Source: an uncultured archaeon (GTDB lineage: Archaea; Iainarchaeota; Iainarchaeia; Iainarchaeales; JAAZKV01). From it: DNA of 50,509 nucleotides. Positions 37,334 to 47,321 of the stretch are shown here, piece after piece. Position numbers and translations under genes: made by a program. Each line of letters begins with the position of its first letter. The first letter of the stretch is position 1. The notes below the pieces were generated by a model. That model worked only from the letters and a program-made list of their open reading frames with translations, was not told the DNA's origin and did no database searches. The stretch is from contig CAYWUL010000003.1 in NCBI GenBank assembly GCA_964461205.1, forward strand, positions 4,232 to 54,740. The letters are read 5' to 3'.

Positions 37334-37830
37334 TTCAATACCTTCATACTATAATCAATTGGTATTTTGAAAAAAAGTTTTGTTTGTCTTCCTAAAAAAG
37401 AAGAAATATTATTTGTTTTTCCGATATTTGAAGTAAACGCATATTCTCCATAAGTAAGTCCATTGTATTCAAAAAGTAAGACAACACTATTTTCATTTAA
37501 ATATAGCAAATCCAATATGCCCATATCTTCAAGAAATAAATTTGTTTTTCTTGCTCGCGGTCTTAGATATTTTAACAGAGCAGAATTAATTTCATTTTGA
37601 GCTATGATTAAATTCAAATTTTCTTTTTCTATTTGTTCTGTCAAACTCACAGAAATTATTTTGTCAACATTATTTTCTATCAAAGTTCTTTCTTTACTTG
37701 CTTGTTCTAATGCAATTAATTCTGTTTTAATTTTTTCTTTTTCCAAAGAACTTTCATTTATTCCTATCGAAAATATTATTAGTAATAATAACAATGCTAA
37801 AATGATTGAAAACGAAAAAAATCCTTTCAT
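37330..37830 (-). CDS. Pilin-like protein with class III signal peptide
   Basis: MKG|FFSFSIIL. Confidence 0.7.
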   Translation of the reverse strand: MKGFFSFSIILALLLLLIIFSIGINESSLEKEKIKTELIALEQASKERTLIENNVDKIISVSLTEQIEKENLNLIIAQNEINSALLKYLRPRARKTNLFLEDMGILDLLYLNENSVVLLFEYNGLTYGEYAFTSNIGKTNNISSFLGRQTKLFFKIPIDYSMKVLK

Positions 37831-37906
37831 AAAAAAAGCGTTTTTTAAAGGATTAAAAACATTAACAAAAATTCGTTGATTGTACTAGGTAAATATTTTG
37901 TTGATT

Positions 37907-38173
37907 CTATAATAAGATTACTATCCCAATTAGAATAATAAAAATCAATGTCGCATACGTTCTATTATAATATGCCATTAAACCAGACACTGCCGGAATT
38001 AAAACAATCATAAATGTTTTTTCTGGCCATTGTTCTGCAACAAATAATGCCGCTCCGGCACCCGCAGCGAAAATTAAGAATAAAAAAGCCACAAACGCTC
38101 CTATGACTCCAGTAACATAGGTCTCTATTTTGCCAAACCAAGTATCAACTTTTCCTACTTTGTCATCGCCCAT
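37907..38173 (-). CDS. Small hypothetical membrane protein
   Basis: GGTGA RBS before MGDDK; three hydrophobic segments. Confidence 0.7.
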   Translation of the reverse strand: MGDDKVGKVDTWFGKIETYVTGVIGAFVAFLFLIFAAGAGAALFVAEQWPEKTFMIVLIPAVSGLMAYYNRTYATLIFIILIGIVILL

Positions 38174-38277
38174 TTCTTCACCAATATCAATAATTATTAT
38201 AGAATTGCTTAAATAATTTGCCATTTTGTGAAAAAGTCACAAAAGCTTTAAAATAACGATTTTGTTTGTTTTCTCAT

Positions 38278-39720
38278 ATGATACAAGGCCTAGAGCAGTT
38301 AAGTGAGATTGAAAGACAAGCATTAATGGTTATTGATGATTCTGAAAAAAACGCAGAAGATATTTCTGAACTATCAAGCTTGAATATTGATTCTGCAAGA
38401 AGAGCAATTGCTTGGTTATCAGAAAAAGGATTTGTAAAAATAAATGAAAAACCAAGAACTGTTTTATCACTTACTGAAAAAGGAAAAATATCGTTGGAAA
38501 AAGGAATGCCTGAAAATATTTTTTTAGAGGCCTTAGAAAAATTAAATGGCGAAGCAACTTTTGATGAATTACAAAAAGAATCTAATTTAGATAAAAAAGA
38601 ATTTACTGCTGCGCTTGGGATAAATAAAAAAAATGTGTTTATTATTATTGCTCAAGGAAGGATTTCTCTTACGGGGGTAGCAAAGGAACAAGAAACATTT
38701 GATTTAAGAAATTCTTTGAGAGATGTTGTTGATGGAAACAAAGTAAAAAAAGAAATTGCTTTGGATTTGTTACAAAGGGGATTAATCGAAAGAAAAGAGA
38801 TTGTTGAAAGAACAGTAAGTATTAATCAAAAAGGGATTGATGCACAAAAATTATTAAAAGACAAAAAAATAAAACGTGTTTATGATGTTGAAGCTCCCGT
38901 GCCAAGAATACTTGCTGGAAAAAAACAACCATATATGCAATTCGTTCAAAAACTAAGACAAAAAATGGTTAACCTTGGTTTTGAAGAAATGAAACCACAA
39001 TTAATCGTTCCTGAATTTTATAATTTCGATGTTTTATATCAACCACAAAATCATCCTGCGCGGACATGGACAGACACTTACCAATTAAAAAAACCAGCAT
39101 TTGGAAAATTAAATAATAAAAAAGCTGTTGAAGGAATACGCGCTGCTCATGAAAATGGTGGAAAATCAAAGAGCAAAGGGTGGAGGTATAAATGGGACCC
39201 AAAAATAGCATCAAAGTTAATGCCCACTGCACACGGAACAACATTTGATGCAATGGAATTGTGTAAACCTTGCAAGGTTCCAGGAAAATATTTTGTTATT
39301 GCAAGAACTTTTAGGCCAGATGTATTAGATGCAACTCACCTAGTAGAGTTTAATCAAATGGATGGTTTTATTATTGGAGAAAAATTAAATTTCAGGCATT
39401 TGTTGGGTATGTTAGAATTACTTGCAACAGAAGTGGCCGGGGCAACAAAAATACGATTTTTCCCAGATTATTATCCATTCACAGAACCCTCTGTACAATT
39501 ATCTGCGTACAAACCAGGGTTTGGTTGGGTAGAATTTGCAGGTGCTGGAATATTTAGACCAGAGATGTTAGAAAATTTGGGGTATGGAAAAAATGTTCGT
39601 GCGATTGCGTGGGGTGCGGGAATTGATCGCCTAGCAATGATGAAACTTGGAATAACTGATATAAGAAATTTATTTTCACAAGATTTGAATTATTTAAGAG
39701 AAGCACAAGGGGTGAGATAA
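38278..39720 (+). CDS. pheS: Phenylalanine--tRNA ligase alpha subunit (archaeal type)
   Basis: N-terminal wHTH domains, [46 protein letters not shown]. Confidence 0.96.
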   Translation: MIQGLEQLSEIERQALMVIDDSEKNAEDISELSSLNIDSARRAIAWLSEKGFVKINEKPRTVLSLTEKGKISLEKGMPENIFLEALEKLNGEATFDELQKESNLDKKEFTAALGINKKNVFIIIAQGRISLTGVAKEQETFDLRNSLRDVVDGNKVKKEIALDLLQRGLIERKEIVERTVSINQKGIDAQKLLKDKKIKRVYDVEAPVPRILAGKKQPYMQFVQKLRQKMVNLGFEEMKPQLIVPEFYNFDVLYQPQNHPARTWTDTYQLKKPAFGKLNNKKAVEGIRAAHENGGKSKSKGWRYKWDPKIASKLMPTAHGTTFDAMELCKPCKVPGKYFVIARTFRPDVLDATHLVEFNQMDGFIIGEKLNFRHLLGMLELLATEVAGATKIRFFPDYYPFTEPSVQLSAYKPGFGWVEFAGAGIFRPEMLENLGYGKNVRAIAWGAGIDRLAMMKLGITDIRNLFSQDLNYLREAQGVR

Positions 39721-40074
39721 ATGCCTAAGAGTGGTTATTCAGTTTCGGCTTATTTAAAAGCTCAAGAAAAAGCAAGTTCTGCAAGTGCTTCAATCCGGTC
39801 TTCAAATCCAGTGTGGACTAAGAAACTCCTTGTTAAAATTCCTTTTGTAAGAACAATGAATAATAGCAGAAAAGCCGTTAATAGGGTAAGAGAGTTTAGG
39901 GTTGGATATGGAGTATTTGAAGAATTACATGAAGCACTAAAAGATATGCCGGTTGGTTCAAAGCACACTATTGTTAGAACCTCTGAAAAGGGAATAGTAA
40001 GAAAATATGTTTATAGAAAAATAACAAAGGATGAATACAAATTAGTTTCAAGATCACCAAGGGGGAGTAAGTAA
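39721..40074 (+). CDS. Basic orphan protein between pheS and pheT
   Basis: 117-aa ORF abutting the pheS stop and overlapping the pheT start (TAATG). Confidence 0.65.
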   Translation: MPKSGYSVSAYLKAQEKASSASASIRSSNPVWTKKLLVKIPFVRTMNNSRKAVNRVREFRVGYGVFEELHEALKDMPVGSKHTIVRTSEKGIVRKYVYRKITKDEYKLVSRSPRGSK

Positions 40075-41726
40075 TGCCTACAATTGAAATGTCAAAAAAA
40101 GATTTTGAAAAACTTGTTGGAAAAAAATTTTCAAAAGAAGACTTAGAAAGAACATTAATGTTTGTTAAAGGGGAAATTGATTCTGAAGACGGAGATACAT
40201 TAAAATTAGATGTAAAAGAAACTAATAGGCCAGATTTGTGGTCAACTGAAGGAATCGCAAGAGAAATCTTAGCAAGAATAGGAAAAGAAAAAGGTATAAG
40301 AAAATACAAAACACAAAAATCTGGAATAAGAGTTTTTGTTGATAAAAATTTGGAAAAAGTAAGGCCATTAATTGCTTGTGCTGTTGTTGAAAATGTTAAA
40401 GTTGATAATAATTTTATCATACAAATGGTTCAACTTCAAGAAAAAGTTGGAGAAACATTTGGAAGAAAAAGAAAAGAAACAGGGATAGGATTATATGACT
40501 TAGACATTATGACTCCTCCGATATACTATAAAGGTTACAAAGATACGGATATAGAATTTGTTCCATTAGAATGGAAAGTTCCTATGCGACCGACAGAAAT
40601 ATTATTACAACATGAAAAAGGAAAAGCATACAAACACTTGTTAGAAAATGTTTCGGTTTATCCAATAGTAATTGATTCGGAAAATATTGTCGCATCCATG
40701 CCGCCAATAATTAATTCAGAAAAAACAGGAAAAGTAACAGAAAAAACTAAGAACTTGTTTATCGAAGTAACTGGGTTTTCTTGGCTAACAGTAGAAACAG
40801 CATTAGAAGTAATGTGTATGGCTCTTGCGGACAGAGGGGGAAAAATAAAAACAGTCGAAGTTAATTTTCCAGAAGGAAAAACATATCCTGGAAGAAAAGT
40901 TAATACTCCTGAATTCAAAACAGAAAAACTTTCTTTAGATACAAACTTGTTTAATGAAATGTCGGGGCTAAATATTTCAAATAGTGTGTTAAAAAAGTTA
41001 TTTGAGAGTGCACGCTATAATGCAAGTGTTTCAAAAAACAGAACAATTGTTGAGTATCCATCTTATCGTCAAGATATTTTTCACGGAGTGGACGTTGTTG
41101 AGGATGCATTAATTTCTTATGGTTATGACAAAATTTCTCCACAAAAAATAGAGTTAAATGTTATTGGGAAAAGCTTGGAAGAATTTGATTTTTTGGAAAA
41201 TATTCGAGACGGAGCAATCGGTCTAGGATTACAAGAAATTCTTACATTTAACTTAACATCAAAAATCGCACAAAATGATAATTTGTTTTTGAAAGAAGAA
41301 TTTGTTGAGATAAATAATCCTCTAAGCAATAATTATGAAATATTCAGAAAAAGATTGTTACCAAACTTGTTAATGTTCCTTGCGAAAAACAAAGACAAAG
41401 AGTTTCCACAAAAAATATTTGAAATAGGTTCTTGTTTGGAATTAAATTCAAAAGAAGACAATGGTGTAAAACAAAGTAATCACATTTGTGTTGTTTCTTC
41501 TCATTCAAACACAAATTTTACTGAAATAAAATCAATACTGGTTTCATTATGTGCATATTTAGGGTTTAGTCTGACAGTTAAGAAAAAACAATTCGCTTTC
41601 CTTGAAGAAAATAGTGCTGAAATAATTGTGAATGGAAAGAAAGGTTTTATTGGTGAATTAAAAAAAGAAGTAGAAGAAAAGTTCTCTTTGAAAAAACCAG
41701 TAATAGTACTTGAATTTGAATTGTGA
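40074..41726 (+). CDS. pheT: Phenylalanine--tRNA ligase beta subunit
   Basis: MPTI, NRPDLWSTEGIAR, SMPPIINS, YRQDIFH.VDVVED. Confidence 0.96.
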   Translation: MPTIEMSKKDFEKLVGKKFSKEDLERTLMFVKGEIDSEDGDTLKLDVKETNRPDLWSTEGIAREILARIGKEKGIRKYKTQKSGIRVFVDKNLEKVRPLIACAVVENVKVDNNFIIQMVQLQEKVGETFGRKRKETGIGLYDLDIMTPPIYYKGYKDTDIEFVPLEWKVPMRPTEILLQHEKGKAYKHLLENVSVYPIVIDSENIVASMPPIINSEKTGKVTEKTKNLFIEVTGFSWLTVETALEVMCMALADRGGKIKTVEVNFPEGKTYPGRKVNTPEFKTEKLSLDTNLFNEMSGLNISNSVLKKLFESARYNASVSKNRTIVEYPSYRQDIFHGVDVVEDALISYGYDKISPQKIELNVIGKSLEEFDFLENIRDGAIGLGLQEILTFNLTSKIAQNDNLFLKEEFVEINNPLSNNYEIFRKRLLPNLLMFLAKNKDKEFPQKIFEIGSCLELNSKEDNGVKQSNHICVVSSHSNTNFTEIKSILVSLCAYLGFSLTVKKKQFAFLEENSAEIIVNGKKGFIGELKKEVEEKFSLKKPVIVLEFEL

Positions 41727-41846
41727 TTTAGAAAAGTACTAAGCTGATTTTTCCTTTAAGCTTTCTTATTTGGTTTGTTGGGGTTTCTAGAACACAACCT
41801 TTTTCTCTTTGTTAAGCTTTTATTCTTTTGTGAATATTAGATAATT

Positions 41847-42929
41847 ATGACAAATATCTTTGATTCTTCTAAGGAAAATTCTATTCTAAAAGATGAGCGT
41901 TTTCTATATCCTGATTTTGTTCCTGATCAACTGCCTTTTAGAGATGCAGAAATCGGAGAGATAGTTTTTGGTTTGAAGCCAGCGGCACATGGAAAGAAAC
42001 CGACAAATATTTTTATTGCAGGAAAACCGGGGACAGGGAAAACAGCTTCAGCAAAATTCGTTTTAAACGAACTCGAAGAGTATTCTGACCGCGCAAAACC
42101 ATTATACATTAATTGCTTTGAAATAAATACTCGCTATGCAATCCTAGCAAAAGCAACTAATTTTTTTGGTTTTCCAGTCCCAAATAGAGGTTTGGGTAGT
42201 CAAGAAATATTTGAAAGATTTTTAGCAGTAATCAAAAACAAAAAGATTGTTCCAATACTTATTTTTGATGAAGCTGAACAATTATTAAAAAACGAGGATT
42301 CAAAAAAACTATTATATGATCTTTCTCGTTTAGCAGAACAATTCAAGATTTTTGCTGGTTTATTGTTTATTTCAAACGATGAAAAATTTCTTTCGTTTTT
42401 GGATGAAAGAATAAGAAGTTCTCTTAACGCTTCAAAAATAGTGTTTGAGAAATATTCTGCTTTGCAATTAAAAGAAATTTTAAAGGAGAGAGCACAATAC
42501 GCTTTTTTCTCAAATGTTTTGGAAGACGAAGTTATCCCGCTTTGTGCAGCACATGCCTCAAAAGAAGGTGATGCGAGAATAGCAATTGAATCTTTGTTGA
42601 AAGCATCTCGTTTTGCAGAAAGAGAAAATGCTCAAAAAGTATCAGTAAAACATGTGCGAAAAGCATTCATGGAAGAAAAACCAGTAAAATTTGAGATAAC
42701 TGAAAACCTGTCAGAACAAGAACAATTAGTTCTTGATTTTGTTGCAGAAACAGAGGTTTCAGCAGGAGACTTGTATAAGGCATTGTGTAAGAAGTTTGCT
42801 GAGCGAACACTTAGAAAAGCAGTTTCAGATTTAGAAAAAAAGGGTTTGCTTGTTACAGAAAAGACAAAGAAAGGAAAGGGCCATTCTCGTATAATTAGAA
42901 GAAATAGTCCTAATTGTTCAAAAAAATAG
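41847..42929 (+). CDS. cdc6: Orc1/Cdc6-family replication initiator
   Basis: PDQLPFRD, GKPGTGKT, YINC, FDEAE, GDARIAI, C-terminal wHTH. Confidence 0.9.
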   Translation: MTNIFDSSKENSILKDERFLYPDFVPDQLPFRDAEIGEIVFGLKPAAHGKKPTNIFIAGKPGTGKTASAKFVLNELEEYSDRAKPLYINCFEINTRYAILAKATNFFGFPVPNRGLGSQEIFERFLAVIKNKKIVPILIFDEAEQLLKNEDSKKLLYDLSRLAEQFKIFAGLLFISNDEKFLSFLDERIRSSLNASKIVFEKYSALQLKEILKERAQYAFFSNVLEDEVIPLCAAHASKEGDARIAIESLLKASRFAERENAQKVSVKHVRKAFMEEKPVKFEITENLSEQEQLVLDFVAETEVSAGDLYKALCKKFAERTLRKAVSDLEKKGLLVTEKTKKGKGHSRIIRRNSPNCSKK

Positions 42930-43026
42930 CTAAAATGGCAAATTAGTTACTTCTTCACTGAAAGAGGTTAAGGGAAAGGTTTTTATAGTGTTTTTTGGAA
43001 AAGATTGTTAGTTCTATGGTGAGATT

Positions 43027-44265
43027 ATGGTAGTAAAAAAGAAAAAATTTGGAAAAAAAGCTGCAAAGAAAGTAGTAAAGAAAAAAACAAAAAAAGTTAC
43101 AAAAAAGACAACTAAGAAAAATGTAAAGAAAGCAGTAAAGAAAAAAGCAAACAAGGCTGCAAAAAATACAACTAAGAGAGTTGTGAAAAAAGTAATTGTA
43201 AAAAAAGCAGTTGTTTCTAAAACAGTAAAAAAACAAATTGCTTCTACAAATAAGAGAACAACAAGAGCTCTAAAACACAATGTAAAACAAGATGCCGAAA
43301 TTTCTAAATTACAAGAAGAAGTAGCTAAATTACAAGGAAAAGGAAAAGTAGTTAAGGGAAAAAAGAGGGTAAATTCAAAAAGAATTAGCGAATATAATTT
43401 ATTTATTAGAAAACAAATTAATGCGGGTTACACTTTTACTCAAGCAGTTAAAGAATGGAATAGGTACCAAGCTTTAATGGCAAAAGATAAGAGAAGACCA
43501 AGTGCGTATAACCAATTTATTGGTTCGCAAATGAGACTTGGAAAAACTTTCAAACAAGCAGTTGCTCTTTGGAAATTAGCAAAAGCAGGAACACTTGGAA
43601 GAAAAGGAACAACAAAAACAGTTACAAAAGTAGAATACAAAACTAGAACTATTAAGGCAAAGCCCGAAATTAAATATAGAACCAGAACTATTAAGGCTAA
43701 ACCAGAAATTAAATATAGGACTAGAACTATCACAGCAAAACCAAGAATAATTGTTAAAAAGGTTAAGTCTAAACCCGAAGTTGTTGAAAAAATCAAGTAC
43801 AAAACAAGAACTGTTAAATCTAAACCAGAAATAATTGTTAGAAAGGTTATGTCAAAACCAAAGATAGTTGAAAAAATTAAATACAAAACAAGAACTGTTC
43901 ATGAGAAACCAAGAGTTGTTTACAGAACAAAGACAATTAAGGTTCCTGTTGAATCAAAAACAAAGGTTGTTCAACAAAGCTTTGATTATTCAAAACTTGC
44001 AGACATCTTAAAGAGTTCAATATCAACTCAAAGTGTTAGTTCACTAAAAAGAACTGATATTAGAGAAGTTATTGAAGCAGATGACGAAGAAATCGCATTT
44101 AAAATCGTTCAAACTTATTTCAAAGAAATTGCTAGGTTTGGTTTCAAGAAACAATTAACTCTTGATGAAATAATTGATGCATATATTTATGCGTTGGCAA
44201 GGGTAAAAAGAAATGAAGCAATGGCAGTTGCTGAAAGAGTAAAAAGAGCAGGAATGAGGAAGTGA
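43027..44265 (+). CDS. Highly basic repeat protein (H1/Hc2-like N-terminus, two HMG/YABBY-like motifs, tandem repeats)
   Basis: KKVVKKK-type N-terminus; SEYNLFI and PSAYNQFI repeats; KPEIKYRTRTI repeats. Confidence 0.8.
   Translation: MVVKKKKFGKKAAKKVVKKKTKKVTKKTTKKNVKKAVKKKANKAAKNTTKRVVKKVIVKKAVVSKTVKKQIASTNKRTTRALKHNVKQDAEISKLQEEVAKLQGKGKVVKGKKRVNSKRISEYNLFIRKQINAGYTFTQAVKEWNRYQALMAKDKRRPSAYNQFIGSQMRLGKTFKQAVALWKLAKAGTLGRKGTTKTVTKVEYKTRTIKAKPEIKYRTRTIKAKPEIKYRTRTITAKPRIIVKKVKSKPEVVEKIKYKTRTVKSKPEIIVRKVMSKPKIVEKIKYKTRTVHEKPRVVYRTKTIKVPVESKTKVVQQSFDYSKLADILKSSISTQSVSSLKRTDIREVIEADDEEIAFKIVQTYFKEIARFGFKKQLTLDEIIDAYIYALARVKRNEAMAVAERVKRAGMRK
43636..43945 (+). repeat. Intragenic tandem repeats (39-bp unit, then longer composite units)
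   Basis: YKTRTIKAKPEIK / YRTRTIKAKPEIK / YRTRTITAKP and similar, with synonymous divergence. Confidence 0.85.
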
Positions 44266-44325
44266 TTATATGAATTACCAAAAATCAAATATTTTAGGAA
44301 TTAATTTTTCCACTGAGGTGAAAAA

Positions 44326-44664
44326 ATGAATGATGAAGAAGTAGCATTTAGGGTAGTAAGACTTTATTTTGAAGAAATCGCAAGACTTGGATTCAAAAGA
44401 ACACTTGATTTAGATCAAATAATCAATGCATATTTTTATTCTCTAAAAAGACTAGAAAATAAAGAAGAAGCAATGAAAATAGCAGTGAAAAGGATTATTG
44501 AAGAAGAAAAAACAAATCCAAAAAATACTTTTACTACTACAACAACAGTAACTGAAGAAACAAATACAGTTCCTACTCAACCAGTGGTGGTAAAAGAAAC
44601 AACTACTACAACAGAAACAAAACCAAGTAAGACAATAATGGATATTATAGAAGAAAGCAAGTAA
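44326..44664 (+). CDS. Small paralogue of the C-terminal domain of 43027-44265, with a Thr-rich tail
   Basis: DEEVAFRVVRLYFEEIARLGFKRTLDLDQIINAY versus DEEIAFKIVQTYFKEIARFGFKKQLTLDEIIDAY; GAGGTG RBS. Confidence 0.85.
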   Translation: MNDEEVAFRVVRLYFEEIARLGFKRTLDLDQIINAYFYSLKRLENKEEAMKIAVKRIIEEEKTNPKNTFTTTTTVTEETNTVPTQPVVVKETTTTTETKPSKTIMDIIEESK

Positions 44665-44706
44665 ACAACTTGCTATTCTTTTCTTTTTTTCTTAATCTTT
44701 TTTTTA
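44656..44706 (+). terminator. Hairpin plus T-tract terminator
   Basis: AGCAAGT-AAACA-ACTTGCT followed by long T-rich runs. Confidence 0.6.
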
Positions 44707-44728
44707 TAAAAAAATATGTTTTTTGTGC

Positions 44729-45931
44729 TTATGGTTTTTTGAAAATTAGTTCAATAACATCGCCATATTTCAGAACATGTTCTTTTCCAATAATTTGTTT
44801 AGTCTTTACATCTATTGCGCGTATGAATCCATCGCCCATATCTGTGTGAAGCATATATGCAAAATCTAAAGCTGTGCTTCCAACTTTCATTAAAAAGCAA
44901 TCCGGCAAATATCGACCTTCCTTATCTTGTAATGTTTTTGTTCCTCCGGGAAAAACAGGAATATACTTTAACACATTCAAAATAGTTTCATCCAAACATT
45001 GTTGGATACCAGTTCCACCAAATTTTGCAAGAACATTTTTTCTTATGGTTTCTAATCCTTCTTTTTGTTTGTCATTTAATTCACCAGTAATTTCAAAATC
45101 TTTTGCACCTGGATAATATTTCAAAATATTTTGTTTCGCGGCTTTACGTAGAGATAACTCTGAAGCAGCTGAGCAAGGTACAATTAACATTTCTGGAAAC
45201 TTTTCCTTCATTTTTTTTATGTTTTCACTAGCATTAGGAAGATCGCATTTGTTTGCTGCAATAATAATTGGCTTACTATAATGTCTGCATTTTATTGCGA
45301 ATTGTTTTTTGTCTTCTTCTGTCCATTGATCAAACATTTTTTCGTCCAACTTTAATTCTCTCAAAGCTTTTTCAATATGTGGCTCAAGGATTTTTACTCC
45401 TGAAAGATTTTGTGTTAACAAATTAACTCTTTTTCTGAATTCTTTTTCAGGACTCTTTCCAAATTTTGCCCAATTGTTTTCAATAATTTTTAAGAACCAT
45501 AATTCGATTTCGTTTTCTAAAAAAATAATGTCTTCGCAAGGATCATGGCGTTCACAAATTTTTCCTTCAGAATCAGTTGTTCCACTAGCATCAACAACAT
45601 GTATTAAGGCGTCTGCTTGACTTAAATCATTTAAGAATTCATTTCCAAGCCCCTTTCCTTCATTTGCGCCCGGAACCAAACCAGCAACATCAATTAATTC
45701 GATTTGAACATATCTAATTGGTCCTTCTTTTGTTTCTATCAAAAAACCGTGTTTTGGGTTACTAATAACATTGAAAAATCTTCCAGCGTCTTCTACGCGA
45801 ACAAAACCCATTCCTTTATTTGGTTCGATTGTTGTAAATGGATAAGAAGCCATTGCGACATCTATTAGCGTTGCTGAACTAAAAAAAGTGCTTTTTCCGC
45901 TACTTGGTTTTCCAACGATTCCTATTTGCAT
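44729..45931 (-). CDS. ychF: YchF/Obg-family translation-associated GTPase/ATPase with TGS domain
   Basis: GKPSSGKS, YPFTTIEPN, DVAGLVPGA, ANKCD, C-terminal TGS. Confidence 0.93.
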   Translation of the reverse strand: MQIGIVGKPSSGKSTFFSSATLIDVAMASYPFTTIEPNKGMGFVRVEDAGRFFNVISNPKHGFLIETKEGPIRYVQIELIDVAGLVPGANEGKGLGNEFLNDLSQADALIHVVDASGTTDSEGKICERHDPCEDIIFLENEIELWFLKIIENNWAKFGKSPEKEFRKRVNLLTQNLSGVKILEPHIEKALRELKLDEKMFDQWTEEDKKQFAIKCRHYSKPIIIAANKCDLPNASENIKKMKEKFPEMLIVPCSAASELSLRKAAKQNILKYYPGAKDFEITGELNDKQKEGLETIRKNVLAKFGGTGIQQCLDETILNVLKYIPVFPGGTKTLQDKEGRYLPDCFLMKVGSTALDFAYMLHTDMGDGFIRAIDVKTKQIIGKEHVLKYGDVIELIFKKP

Positions 45932-46016
45932 TATATCACTATAATTTTAGCTTATTGAATGTTTTAAAGTCTTGCTGTAAGTTTTTGTTTTAATTCTTTC
46001 GTTGGATACTTCTTTT

Positions 46017-47321
46017 ATGTCGCAACAATTTACAGATAAGTTTTTTCCAAAGGATTTTGATGAGTTTATTGGAAATGTAGAATTAGTTGATTCTACAATA
46101 AAATGGGCTCAGGATTGGGAAGAAGGAAGGAAACAAAAACCCCTTCTTTTTTTTGGTTCACCAGGAGTAGGAAAAACAACAATCGCACAGTTGATAGCAA
46201 GAAAAATGGGTTGGCAATTATTTGAAATGAATTCTAGTGATCTAAGAAATAAGGACACCATAGAAAAAATTGCAGGGGCAGCAACAAATAATTCAACATT
46301 ATTTGGTTCAAAAAGATTAATTCTAATTGATGAGGTTGACACTCTTCATAGAGTTGACAGAGGGGGAGCCGGAGCAATATCTTTATTATTAAAAGACGCG
46401 AATAATCCAATAATTTTAACTGCAAATAATATTTATTCTGACAAACGTTTGTTACCTTTGCGTTCTCTAGCAACTTTGAAAGAGTTCAGAAAAATAAATT
46501 ATCTATCAATAGCAAAACGGCTAAGAGAAATATGTGAAAAAGAAAATATTGTATTTGATCCAGAAGCAATAAAAGAATTAGCAAAAAATTCTGGTGGGGA
46601 TTTCAGAAGTGCTTTGTTGGATACACAAAGTTTGGCTCCCGAAATAAAAATGGAAGAAGTAAAAAAACTGTATCCGAGAAGAAGAGAAGAAAAAATATTC
46701 CCAGTGATGACAAAAATATTCAAAGGAAAAACGATTGCAGAAATACAACAAATAGTGGAAAATTCAGAAGTCTCTTCAGATTTGTTATTTCGCTGGGTGG
46801 AAGAAAATATCCCTCGACAATATGATTCAAAAGACACTGCAAGAGCGTTTGAAATATTGAGTAGGGGAGATATTTTTTATGGAAGAATTTTTCGAAGACA
46901 AAATTATTCTTTTTTAAAATATGTTTATTTTTTATCAACAGTTGGGGTCGGTTTATCAAAAGAAAAAGAGTATCATGGTTGGCAGCCATTTCAATTTCCA
47001 GTATTATTAACTTCTCTTTCAGCTTCAACTTCAAAAAGGGCTATGAGAAAAAAAATTGCCTCAAAAATTGGTGAAAAAACACATTGTTCAATAAGACAAG
47101 GAATGAAGGACATTTCTTTTGTACAAGTTTTGCTTGAAAAAAAAGAATTAGCACACAAAGTCATTTTATTTTTTGGTTTTGATGAAAAAGAAGTTGCATT
47201 TTTATTAGTGACAAAACCAACAACAAAAAAAATACAAAACTTAATGGAACAAGCTGACTTGTTAGAAAAAGAAATTATTGCGACGAAGGGAAGGCCAAAA
47301 CAAACATCATTATTTGTTTAG
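46017..47321 (+). CDS. rfcL: Replication factor C large subunit
   Basis: GSPGVGKT, EMNSSDLR, DEVD, GDFRSA, WVEENIP, C-terminal PIP box QTSLF. Confidence 0.92.
   Translation: MSQQFTDKFFPKDFDEFIGNVELVDSTIKWAQDWEEGRKQKPLLFFGSPGVGKTTIAQLIARKMGWQLFEMNSSDLRNKDTIEKIAGAATNNSTLFGSKRLILIDEVDTLHRVDRGGAGAISLLLKDANNPIILTANNIYSDKRLLPLRSLATLKEFRKINYLSIAKRLREICEKENIVFDPEAIKELAKNSGGDFRSALLDTQSLAPEIKMEEVKKLYPRRREEKIFPVMTKIFKGKTIAEIQQIVENSEVSSDLLFRWVEENIPRQYDSKDTARAFEILSRGDIFYGRIFRRQNYSFLKYVYFLSTVGVGLSKEKEYHGWQPFQFPVLLTSLSASTSKRAMRKKIASKIGEKTHCSIRQGMKDISFVQVLLEKKELAHKVILFFGFDEKEVAFLLVTKPTTKKIQNLMEQADLLEKEIIATKGRPKQTSLFV

Noticed and set aside
38225-38277. Phe leader peptide before pheS, by analogy with thrS
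   Set aside because: No Phe-rich uORF is present; there is only a small inverted repeat (TTTTGTGA-AAAAG-TCACAAAA) in a divergent promoter region.
41727-41846. Replication origin (ORB boxes) upstream of cdc6
   Set aside because: Only a short AT-rich spacer is present, with no recognisable ORB or G-string repeats.
42955-43886. Phe/Leu-rich - strand ORFs resembling membrane proteins
   Set aside because: They are antisense artefacts of the Lys-rich repeats in 43027-44265.
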